A stretch of 64,000 nucleotides of DNA from Marsupella aquatica (Eukaryota; Plantae; Marchantiophyta). Under the pieces are notes generated by a model. That model was not told where the DNA came from, ran no database searches, and worked only from the letters and a program-made list of their open reading frames with translations. Position 1 is the first letter of the stretch. Each line of letters begins with the position of its first letter. Shown one piece after another: positions 1-11,553 of the stretch. Position numbers and translations under genes: made by a program. The stretch is from positions 1,677,223 through 1,741,222 of the forward strand of contig OZ316892.1 in NCBI GenBank assembly GCA_973895155.1, written 5' to 3'.

Positions 1-700
1 TGCCAATCCAACAAGAACTTGTCTGGAATGCTCCAGAGACTAGCATGAGAGAATAAGAAGGTAGTCGACTGTAAGTCATGGAGTATAGTTTTGTTGTTGA
101 GAGTATACAAGATTCTGAAAATCAGCATTTCACCTCCCTCTCATGGTGAGAGCTTGCAATGTTCTGTAAAATCGGAATCAGGAAAGAATGGAATACAGGA
201 TGCTGAGACATTCTTGAACTCTCAGTCCACCCTCGTCCAAGTGGAACTGTGAAGAGCATTGGTTATGTAACATTGGGGGCTCGGGTATGGATATGCGATG
301 AACAGCTTGGGACTCTGGAAAGAGAAGAGTGCAATTTGGTGAAATATGCACGAACTCACGGTGTTACTCTCGTCAAACTGGGACTGTGGAGAAAATTTGA
401 GATAAAGAATCGGGAACGTAGCAGCAGTCTTCACACACACTAACACACTCACCTTGTCGAGTTCAAGTTGTTGTTTGAGGGGAACCATAGGCCCCAGATG
501 AAAATCTTCATCCCTGAAACTGTCGATCCTCTCGAGCACATTCATCTTGAATGACTCGTGAAGTCCCCCTGCTGAGGAGCTTACAATGCGGGTTTCAATA
601 GTCCTCTCTAAGCAACACCCGCGGTCCAGAAAAAAACTGTACACAGTCGTCCCCACACGACAATTCGCTCCTCTACTTGACGACGCTACGTCCACAAGCT
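1..700 (+). mobile_element. Possible highly decayed 3' portion of an L1-like LINE ORF2
   Basis: The interrupted + frame reads ...LVKLGLWRKFEIKNRERSSSLHTH*HTHLVEFKLLFEGNHRPQ..., loosely like the WxERNxxxF C-terminal segment of plant L1 ORF2. Many stops and no RT core are visible. Confidence 0.25.
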
Positions 701-1441
701 TTCACCGATATGAATTTTGAGTCACTCTTCCGCCTCAATAACTTAGGAGGGCCTACATGCCATCATCCTCGATCCCAACAGGAAAGGGAGCAGCAGACAT
801 GGTCGAGTATGAGCCAAGATGTGAGACAAACAGAGAACAGCAGTCCGTATTCCGCGCCAAATAGATGGTGAACCAATTACCAGCTCAATCCCTGTCTCTA
901 CCTCCCTTCCACTCTTTCTCTCTTCCCGAAAACTATATCCCCATCGAAGTCTAACTACCCACAACTAGACAATCTGACAATGACGACGATACGCAGACTG
1001 ATGGAGGCAGTGGCGCACTTCATCAGCAGTAGCAAGCAATGTGACCACGAACTTTTAACTACAGATAATGGCCTCTCTCTCGCTCATCAACCACACATCA
1101 ATCAATGGAGCGCGTCTGTGGACTGCTGCCCTGATTGATTGATTAAGTGAGTGAGTGAGCTCAATGTCCGTCAAGGCCCACCCTACCTCAGTCCTCGACT
1201 TCCACCCCGAACCCATCTCGTCCCAATCCCAGCCAAGCGCCTCTCACCATCCTGGTAAATGCTCATTGAGGGCACACTCGGTTTCCCATCAAAGCCACTT
1301 TCAGTACTGTGTTGCATCAGCACAGCCCTGTCCCCCAGGGTGACAAGCAGAATCCAGGCCAGGCCTGCCACCAAAAGCCTCCTCAGAGCATCTTCACCCG
1401 TTTGGTTTGGCAGCAGTTTCAACACAAACAATTGGGGATTT

Positions 1442-1813
1442 GGGGGTCTCAAATATGGGGCCGTCATAGGTGTTCCCGGAAGGGTACCAGGGCCCATGAT
1501 AAGGGGGCTGCGGGCGAGTTTAGCGGCAGCGAGGCATTTGAAAACCTCAATTTCCATATGCACGTGTGACTTCCGGGTGGAGAAACTAGTCGTGATGGTG
1601 TCCATTTGGCACACAAGAACGCCCTCAGCATACACTGAAGAGTAAGTACACAAAGCCCGGCTCGTGAGTTCAGACTTGGCCCGTGGTGACTGATCGGTCA
1701 AGCCTCTGTCTGTGTCCTATAGCCTGAAGGTGTCTCACACATTTTTGGACCACTTCTGCCTGAACCTAGCTTGGGGGCCAACAAAACTCCCCGTCCTGAT
1801 ATTTGAGACCCCC
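1442..1813. mobile_element. MITE-like element with perfect 15-bp TIRs
   Basis: GGGGGTCTCAAATAT (1442-1456) and its reverse complement ATATTTGAGACCCCC (1799-1813). Flanks are TTT and TAA, so there is no clean TSD. Related ATTTGAGACNCCCT motifs occur at ~36970, ~37210 and ~51837. Confidence 0.6.
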
Positions 1814-1920
1814 TAATAGAAAGTGGTCTGATTACCAGTCCCTTCAATTTATATAGACAAGACACAAACAAAGACCTTGCAACAAATACTTTTTATTTTT
1901 ATATTTGCCCCCATCCTTGT

Positions 1921-3391
1921 TACGGCCATGAGAGGTCTCTTGCAAATTCCCTGCCACGAGGTTGCACCACATCACCACAACCAGCCACAAACAGGAATGA
2001 TCCTACTTTTAACAATAACAAATGTGCACATTCATGTTTGTGGCAAAAACAACGTATTTTTGGGCACCATACCATAAATATTAAACATAAAAAAAACCAA
2101 AATACAAAGGAAGAGATATCATTTAGTAAAATAAAATTACTGTTATGATGTTTATCAAAGATATATCAATGTTTTATATCAAAATGCTTGTATTATTTAA
2201 TTGTTTGCAAGTTTGAAAAAACCAATTGATAGAAATGTACATAGTTAGAACCTCTTTGGCTCCACATTGTAAAACTAAATAATCAATCTCCTTAGTACTT
2301 GATAAAATCTGTCAATGTTTGATTCATTAGAAAACTCAAGATCAAGATTTAGAATCTCGTGACCTCTTTAGTAGTGTCTTGATAAAATCTCTCAATGGAA
2401 AGCTAGAGTAAAATTAGAAACTCATCATGTCCTTAATACTTGACAAAATCCATCAATGTTAGGTTCATTGGAAAACTAGAGAAATTCATATACTCATGAT
2501 CTCTCTAATTCTTGATCAATAATTTCAATGTCACACATTAGAAAGTTAAAGAGATTGAAAATCTCATGATCTCTTTAGTACTGTGACAAAATCTGACATG
2601 TAATTTGTCAATGTCGGATTCAATGTTGGAAAGTTAAAAAAATTCATGAACTCATGATCAAAATTTCTTATAATCACACTCATTGGAAAGACAAAGAAAT
2701 TCAAACTCATTTGGAACTTGACAAAATTTGTCAATCTGAGTCTCATAGGAAACCCTTTTCTCGATTAAGAGATATCACAATCTGGTCACCGTCACAAACT
2801 TAGCCACTGCAAATTGATTTCTTTGATTATGTCGCCATCACTTGTCCACAATGCTTGCTTCCCGGCTTGAATTGTTTGCATCCTTCCAGTCTTCAACTAA
2901 AGCTCACTCTGAACAGAGGTTGACGCCAAATGCAGTCTCTATGTCAAAGAAACAATTGTTGATCACCCCCTCACACCATATCTTTCTTAAACAAAAAAAA
3001 CTACAAATCCTTCATGTGAAGTGATGGCTTGTTCGTTTTGTGTGTTCTTCCCACTGAATCGACAAGCGCTCTTCCGCCACAGCTGAGTGTTGTCCTCCAG
3101 TCTTTCTTGTGGCGGTAATGCTCAATGTAATTCACAAACGATCAATCATGAATGGTAAAAACACGATTTCTCCCATGAGTAAGCAAAAACCGTAAAAAAA
3201 CTCAATTCCTCCAATCACATTCAACCTTCCGTTTGATAAATCTCCTCTTATTTTTGAGTGTTTGCTTTTGTACGAGCACACACCAAGACCATCGGGAGAC
3301 TCAAAACAGTCGGTTACCGCCTTGCTGAAAATTGATTTCACTTCATTACACACATTCCTTGGATGAACATGGGGGTCCACGGATTAATTTT
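1921..3391. mobile_element. Non-coding interspersed repeat, same family as 13494-14331
   Basis: Left end tacggccatgagaggtctcttgcaaattccc...ccacatcaccacaacc aligns with 13494 tacggaccccactagaggtcccttcccaaattcc...ccacatcaacaacaacc. Right end gggggtccacggattaatttt matches 14313 ggggtccacgaactaatttt. Confidence 0.5.
2240..2750. repeat. Degenerate ~55-65-bp tandem array inside the 1921-3391 element
   Basis: The unit ...gaaactcatgatctctttagtacttgacaaaatctgtcaatgt...cattggaaa recurs about 8 times with divergence. Confidence 0.65.
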
Positions 3392-3675
3392 ATGTATGCA
3401 CTCCTTGAACTTAAATAGACATCACACAAACAAAGACCTTACAAATACTTTTTGTTTTCATATTTGCCCCATATATCCTTGTATTTTGTAAGCACTTTCA
3501 GTTATCCCCTTGAGTCACAATCTAGAGTTATCCACCATCCCTGTTTTATGTATGCACTTTCAGTTAGACCCTTGGAGTCACGGCCTAGAGGCGGCTTCAC
3601 TATAGGCAGCGAGTTTGCAATAGAATATTTGTAGATAAGGTCTAGTGAATCCTTGTTGTCATGGACAGTCCACAA

Positions 3676-4193
3676 TTTTTGAAGTATGGTGAATGCACAT
3701 TTCAGATTTTGTCTTTTTCAGATTTTTGTGTCATGTGTTTTCATTTCAATCTGCCTTATCAAGGGGCAGCCTTTGTATTCTATACATTTTTAATTAATTT
3801 TTATACCACTTTAGTTTTAGGTATTCTAGAGTGTTTTGAACTTATTTTGGCAGCCCCCCCTTTCACAGTATGTGTTTTCTTAGAGATGAAACCAAAGGCT
3901 CCACCACCAGGAGTGAGAGAAATGATGCTGAAGAACATGAATGCATAGCCTCTTAAGTTCTCCTCATGTTTTTCTGTCCTAGGTTTATGATTTTTATTGA
4001 AAGGAGTGTCATTCATAAGGCACCCTGAGTTAAGTGCACACATCGTAGCATCGTTTGAGTGTATCTTAGTCACTGTGCTTTTCTTGGCAGACACTTTACT
4101 TATATAACAGCACTTCTATGCTCTCATATTTTATTTACTTTCAGATCACTACAAGACAAAAAATAAAGCATGTTCTAGGATGAGCATGCTATA
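3676..4193. mobile_element. Repeat X, empty copy (~520 bp) flanked by direct repeat TCCACAA
   Basis: 3797-4109 is the reverse complement of 46204-46522 and 4117-4193 is the reverse complement of 41487-41562. TCCACAA occurs at 3669-3675 and 4194-4200. There is a terminal hairpin agcatgttc-taggat-gagcatgct. Confidence 0.7.
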
Positions 4194-4199
4194 TCCACA

Positions 4200-7100
4200 A
4201 ATCGACTGGAAATCCCCCAAACTAACCTCCATTCCTCAAAATGGTGCAATCATAGCCTCATGCTAAAACTGGCTGAGGGCAGTTTGGATTTTGTATTTTG
4301 GAAGTTGACCTCTAATTATTTTGGATCTTGGTCCATGGGGAAGGCAAGCATCAGATTTCTCTCTATCTGATTCCTTCGGCAGTTTAGTGAATGAAAAAGG
4401 AGCACGGGTAGAGATGCTCTTGAGCTTTCATGTGTGGATCTTTTGGAACCCATCAGCTCCAAAAGTTTGACACCCATCATCGCTTGCTCAGTTTGTCGGA
4501 AACTCCAGAGCTCCAAAATGATCCCATCTACCTGAGCTTTTTGTCTTTTTGTGGCTTCAGTTGCCTTTTATTTTTTCCTCATATTGTATTGCATTGGTCT
4601 AACTGTTTTTTTCTTACTTTGGTGATCTGTCCCTGGGTTTCCCTCAACGTTTATATCCCTTTCAAGATTGCAAATATTCCTCATCTGACAAAAGGCATCC
4701 ATGTATCCTCTCCCACATATTGCACGCCTCACAGTCTCTCTACAAGCTTTTCAGTTTGTTCTTTAGAAAGGCTTTATTAGTCCTTTTGCAGTTGTTGGGG
4801 AATCTTTGGCTTTTTGACTCTTTGGTCTTCCTGGGGTTTTCCTTGTTTTCCCTTCTTTTATTGATTGGGTCTCCTGCCTTTAAGATCATGTCTCCCAGGA
4901 TGATGTTTTTTATTCTTTGGCAGTGTTGTATATACCTCACTGTCAACCAGCATTCTACATTTGTTATTTTTGTCTTTATGTGACAATAAAAACTTAAAGT
5001 ATAAAGACCTAGCATCCTACACTTGAGAATAAACAATTGGGAAAAAACCAACGAGTAACAAAAACTACTTTGACACACTGAGTAGTGAGCGTTCTACCTG
5101 TCTACCACCCTCTCAAAGCCATCACCCATATCTTCTTCCCCTTAAGATTCCTCACCCATAAGCGGCAAATCTTCTTGTCTTCCAACCTTTAACAAGTCCA
5201 CCCCACAGGGACCATGCATTAGGAAGAGAACTTGTTCGTAATTGCTGCGTGCATGTATCCTTCTGCTATAACAGCTTTACATTTTTTGTGCCTAAAACAA
5301 CCCACCCCATCCAAACCTTTCCTAGCTTTTGCAAGGAATAATTACTTCTGACAAAAAGCAATATCAAAGATTAAAATTTTCCACATCATTGAAAGTTGTT
5401 CCAACTATGAGTAGTCACTAGACAGAGTATTGGTTCGTCAACTATCACAAGTATACTTGGTATCCAAATTAAAGGCAGTGGGATTTCATGAAAAACTCAA
5501 ACTGGTCATGCAAGACTGCAAGAGTTGGCTTTTTCAAACCGAGTATCCGCCATCATGAACTTATCTAGAGTTGAAATCTGTTGGCCAACTAGCCCTGTCT
5601 GTCTCTTCATAGAGGCAAGGGCTAGAGCCAACACTTTGAATTGCCTTGGGCAGAGCGAAGCTTGATTTGGGGGCCAGTCTACTTGACTTGTACTGTTTTT
5701 TAGTATTTTTAGCCTGATTTGTAATTTGACTTCGAGATCAGCCCTGAAAGGCTGTAGCCCTTGCAAAGTCCTGAAACATTCCTAAGTTGCTTGGCAATAT
5801 GGCTTGAAAGGAAGGGCTGCCATTTCACTCAAAACAAATGTTGCACGTCTGACGGTTTCTTCCTAGACCAGAGTCAACAATAACCTTTCCAGTTTGCTCA
5901 GAAAACTAACCTGAAAATTGAAGGTGGCCTTATTTCCCAGCTGGGTTGGTAAAGCATCTATGTTTAAGACCTCTACAAAGTTGTATTTGGTTCCTGTTTT
6001 CTTAATAATTATGGAACGTCCAAAGTGTCCATGTGACCCGTGGTCGTATGAGTGGGACTGGGGCACTAATAATGGATTATGGATCCCATGTGACCTTCAA
6101 AAGGATGGTCAATCCATGGTAATGATTCAATGTGCTTCCTACATGTGGGTTACATTGAGGAGGTTCATTCATGTGAAGATCCTGGTGGCATGTTCTGATT
6201 TGAAAACTGTTGGCTCGGTACTAGTCACAAACTAGTGCAACAAACCTTTTTATTTTCTACCTAAGTAAAAATTTGGCCAGGGCCAGAAATTGCTCTGGAA
6301 GATCATGCACTAGGCATTCCACAAGCTGGATTGGATCTTTACAAGAATTGTTGTGAATGCTAGATTTAATCAAGCCCAGATCTCCACTGGTCACAACGTG
6401 GAAATCTTGCCACTTAAGTAGAGCCACCTGGAAACTCCAGCCCTACAGATTGGGAACAAACAGTGCGACGAAAATTCAGTCCACATCATCCAGATGTATC
6501 GTGGACATGTTTTAAATCAACCTTGAATTGAGGGGCTAGTCTAACAAGTGGAGCCCTGTGGGCAGGGCAGGCGTCTCAATAGCTTCTGTGTTAGTGTACT
6601 CTCGAGTACTCTAATAATTGTAAGTACATAAACTGTTCCCTGACTTCCCTCTTTCTGTGGTTATAGAGCCCTTTAGGTCTTCCTTTTCACAGTAGGGACA
6701 AAGGAAAAAACAAAGACAAGCTACTTTAGGTTCGCGAGCAGGACATATATATCAGATCTTTGGTATTGGATTATTATGAGGTTCTCCATGGGTTACTGCC
6801 ATAGCCAACTTTCGCTTGACTTGAAATGGGTCTTATCATTGCATGAACAAGTACTGACCATAATCTGGTGGATTATTTGCAGCGGATATTTTAAGACACA
6901 AGTTATTCACGTCTATCCTTAGCTCATGATGTGTTTACTTTTCGTAGGAAACTCTAAAACTACTGTAGGATTATGATAATGACATGTTCTCCTCAGATGG
7001 AGATTTTGGGATCATGGAATAGGTTAGCCTACCCTCTATTTCCCAGGGTCTCGGGTACTTGTCCTTGAAAAGAACACACAGAAGAAGGGAACCCTTAGGG

Positions 7101-7430
7101 GTGTCAAAGCTCCTACTGGAAGCTTGTCTAGTGGGAAGAGCATCTTGCCCAAGATTTCCAGACTCTGGACACACTTATAAGAGTTGAGGAGAAGAACACT
7201 TTTTTTTTGCAATGTCTAGAGACTCCGGTGGCGAGTAATCTGGAAATGACCAACTAGTTTCTCCCAGCAGTCAGTTGCACGGGGGAGGCATGAAGGTGGT
7301 CGTGACCTTGCCAAGCTTCCTTTTGCCTTCAAGGTTTTCATCTGAAAGTCAAAGATCAAGTGGGACATGGATGTACTCTAAGGAGGGAAGCCTCTCATGT
7401 CCCACCAGCAGGCAGACTTAGTTAAAAAAC
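4200..7430 (-). mobile_element. Possible fragmented, very decayed LINE remnants
   Basis: Only scattered weak similarities (LLFHSLNCRRNQIERN, ARKGLDGVGCF, LEYIHVPL) to L1 ORF2 segments. There is no intact motif. Confidence 0.2.
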
Positions 7431-7987
7431 TACTATAGAGGTCAATCATCCCCTCATCACACTACACTATTGATTAGATGTGGACCATCCCCTCATCACA
7501 CTACAAAAGAGGTGAACATTTTCCCTAATTTTCATGTTCCTTTTACTCTTTCTAGGTTTCTGGGGCTTACTTTTTCAAAGTTTGATGCTGGTGGCTTTGG
7601 ACCTCTATTGCTTTTTCTTCATCATACTTTGTCTTGCCCTTTTTAAATAAACTTAGAGTGCTGCTTCTCTAGTCATATCTCGTTACTTGACACCCCTCTC
7701 GGGATCTCACTATATGGAGGCCTCCCCATCACCTGTGACATTTTTAGCTCTCTCGGACCCCCTAAAATGTAAGGATTTAAAAATATATATTAATCCCTAT
7801 TAAGTTGGAATATTCTAAAAATTGGATAACAAAGAACCTAATGTTTTTATAAATCTCAAAATTGGATTTAAAATATCTTATTGTTTTTCTAAGAATTATT
7901 TCAAATAATCTCTTCGAACCAATAAAACAACCTTATACTTAGTCTCATACTTCATCTCATGTGATGTGCCATTTTTTGAGAGAGTGA

Positions 7988-8293
7988 GACCCCCTGTGGA
8001 GTTCACAAGCCAGGGAGCTCTACCAGGCAGATAGTTCGATATAGGTAGGTTTGGTTTGCTAGAGCTCATTTGGGATTTTTTTGGCTCTTTTGTTACTTCC
8101 CTTTGATCCGCTTATGGGATGGAGCCTCTACTATAATCGCCTGACCCCCTATGGAGTTCACAAGGGAGCTCTACCAGGCAGATAGGTACATATAGGTAGG
8201 TTTGGTTTGCTAAAGCTCATTTGGGATTTTTTTGGCTCTTTTGTTACTTCCCTTTGATCCGCTTATGGGATGGAGCCTCTACTATAATCGCCT
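7988..8293. repeat. Recent tandem duplication, 2 x ~153 bp
   Basis: 7988-8142 and 8143-8293 are near-identical (gaccccctgtggagttcacaag...ggagcctctactataatcgcct). Confidence 0.9.
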
Positions 8294-11200
8294 TTTGTTC
8301 TTGGGCTGTTTGATATATATAGGCCAAGATTAGCATTCTTCAAAGAGAGTGATGAACATCTGAATTGATTTGTTCAGTATTGCGCGTGAGTAAACAGTAT
8401 TCGTCATGAATATACGGTACAGTCTGCTGAAATTATAATCAGCACGGGGAATGACAGCACGCCGACTTGTCATTCGTTTCGCAAACTCGCACTAATTTCT
8501 GCGCGTGAGCTTCTACTAGCTCTCGGACGGATGATTGATTGACTAAGTCGTTCCCAAAACAAGTTAAATTGAATGTTTGAGCGTAATGCAACTGCGGTGC
8601 TGAAGAAACTCTGAGGAAAAGCTTTCAGCAGTCTGGGCTGTCAATGCAAACTTGCACGACAACAACGTGATTGTCCTTTCTACGCTTTGCCTTGAACGAT
8701 TTCAGTGAATTCCATTCATGTACATGGAGGCCAACGAGATTGAATGTTCTCAGTTTCATATGACGATTCGTCCAAATGGATTCACTCTACAACATCACAT
8801 TTAACACAGCGGAGTGCCGAGGAGTGGGGGTCTCATGTCATTGTAAATTAAGCTTCCTGCATCTTGATTACGCAGATTAGACGACAATGGACTAGATTTC
8901 GGTACGAAACACTAGGAAGCTCGAAATGCGGCTCGTAATGTGGCATCCGTCTTTGTTCCCTGATTATGGCAACTTACTCTTTCAAAAACGGTTTCAGAGT
9001 TCAGTCTAGAGCATCGCAATCATGTGCGAAAGTAGATGGGGAGGGAGGAACTCATGTGATTATTAGGGCGCTTGCAGATTAGCTGACCATGGACTTTTGA
9101 TTCACTGGGATTTGGTGATCACTCGCCTTCCGACTGGACATTGATTTGTTTGATTATGTGAGATTATGTGATTTGTGTTGTTTTCACCTGAGGAGCATGT
9201 GACCGTCCGCGTGTACTATCCATCTTCTCGTGGGAGAGCGCGCACTCAGGTAGCACACTAGCACTGCCTGCACAGGGGAGGAGGGCTCGGTGGAATAGCG
9301 CGTGCGGGGCACAGTACTTGAGTTGTTTAATTTCCCTGTTTTGCCGCAGGGGTGACGGCCGCCGTCACCTCACGGAATGGAGGTCGCAACTCGCAAGTCG
9401 AGACTCTACTCTACTACTACTCTCTCAACATCGCGTACACCAATTGAAAACTTGTGGGGGTCATGAGTCGTGACATGACTGTTGCTGCTCGAGGACCTGC
9501 TGGGCTGTTAGGGGCCTTCTAATCCTCCAACAATCCGCAAACTCCCTCGTCAGTCGTCATCACCGCGACTCGATTTTACCGCCCGGCGTCGTTGTGCCGC
9601 AAATTCACTAGTGATGAGCTCGGAATCCATCACGTTCCACTACCTACTTTTCGCGGGAAGTTTCATTTTTCTATTGAGCTTGGAGGTTGAACTTGTGTAA
9701 ATCGGAAACCTCTGGACAGAATTGTGTCGTCTGCCTTGCGGTTGTTTAGGGTTTCCCCCTCGAAGGTCGAAATTCCCTCCGTCCCATTCTTTTAGTAGCT
9801 CACGGGAAATTTTCGATTCGCAACTTTCTCCGCGCCATTTATCTTGAACTCTAACATCTGGTCCAAAATCAACATCAGACATGTGAGGGCATCGCTGTCA
9901 TCTGCCACTGCTAACCATAAAATCGGTAAAACTTGTTAGGATGACGGATCTGAATGGCAATCGTGACTGTAAAGCAACAGGGTCGATGGACATCACGTGA
10001 AGCCCCACAATTCAAACATAATATTCTAGCCGTTTCAGATACTGGCGCGAAGCTGAATGTTTGCTGTCCCACGTGAATGATGCTCTTCCGGGGAATTGGA
10101 AGTGAAAGCTTGTTGCATCGACAAATCTCGGGAGCGAATGGACGGAGGGAGGGCAGATGCGATCTTCAGGCTTGACATGCTACAATCTCATGAGGATTTG
10201 GGTTCACCCATTATGCTCCACAGCTCATGTACAAAATCTTGTTGGTACAGTAACGATGCACCGCTGCTCATGTTGAAGTCTTGTTGGTACAGTACCGAGG
10301 GTCAATGGCGATGGTGGTTTGCACAATTTGTGTGGAATTCAAAATGATGCACCACTGTAAAGCACTGCAGCAGCTGCTGTAGGTTTGCTGTAGGTGTCAA
10401 GTTAAATAACAAGGGCCCACCCAGATGTTTTTTTTTCGATGGCACGTCAAATTTCATGCCAGTACCTTTGTATAATAGTATGGCACTTGGCCCACCTCAC
10501 ACACTTCATCCCAGGTCATTCTAGCATGCTAGTAAACTGTAAACATTTCCTCGCATGAGCAAAATTTGTGCAAAGAAACAAAATTTGTGCGAAAGAAACA
10601 GTAAAACTGTCCTGGCATGAGAAAATGTCATACTCACATGAACCATGTTCTTCTATATCCAACTGCTTTGCTACCAACAACTGCTTTGCTAACAACAACC
10701 TGGTTGGTAACATTCCTTTTGGGACTCCTTTTTTGGCTCGTAAAGTTGCTAGCCATCTGCTGTCTTAAAAAAACACTAAGAATATAAAAGACAGCAAAAA
10801 TAAAAAGAAATTGAAACCACTAGTGACTTGTTAGCAACACTCTCCTAGCTATCAAAATTTGTGTTTGCTGGCATTTACAATACCTCCTTCAACCCTCTCA
10901 TTATTCTCACAAAAACTAAAGAAAATATACTCATCAATTAGAGATATAGGTAAAGTGGTTGAACCTGGATGAGTCCACAAACGTTTCAACTCAAGGTCAG
11001 GGCAGTCATTGTTTGATGTGGACATCAAGTATTGGGTGCTCAATACCTAGGTGATACTGTGTTTAGGCCTTGTTGAGGTGCTTCCCTTAAGTCACCTAGA
11101 CTTTAGAATAGGACTTAGTCCAGCAGGAGAGGAGAAAATAATTCACTTGATATTTTTAGGCTAAGCAATTTCTTGGCAGATTACATGGTTGCTCATTTTA

Positions 11201-11496
11201 GCTAGCCTCTGTTCGGAGTGGTCACCATATCTATCATCCTCAGTCTCCATTTATGAAGGCTGTGTTGTTTACATTGTGTACCTTTCAAGTTTGAAATAGG
11301 TTCTCAGAATCAATTCACTTTTTTCTTTAAGCCAAACCAAGTTTGAGCAAATGGTAGCGTGACTGGCAGAAGGCTAAGGCAAGAGAAAATCCTTGATCTG
11401 TAACAAACAAAAATATAAATGCTCAAACAAGACTTGGTTACAAACATTCCAAGTAAACTGTTTAAAAACTAGCATTATCATAAGAATTAAGTAAGG

Positions 11497-11553
11497 GCTC
11501 ATGAATTAAACACCCTAACCATGCAAATAAGCAAGGTGGTTTAATTCATGAGC
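11497..11553. repeat. Inverted repeat, 15-bp perfect stem with 27-nt loop
   Basis: GCTCATGAATTAAAC (11497-11511) pairs with GTTTAATTCATGAGC (11539-11553). Confidence 0.8.

Noticed and set aside
1183-1701. 172-aa and 128-aa overlapping ORFs
   Set aside because: They straddle a MITE boundary and show no recognisable motifs, so they are probably chance ORFs in GC-rich repeat DNA.
4147-4165. CACTACAAGACAAAAA resembling a CACTA transposon terminus
   Set aside because: It lies inside repeat X in both copies, with no partner TIR or 3-bp TSD.
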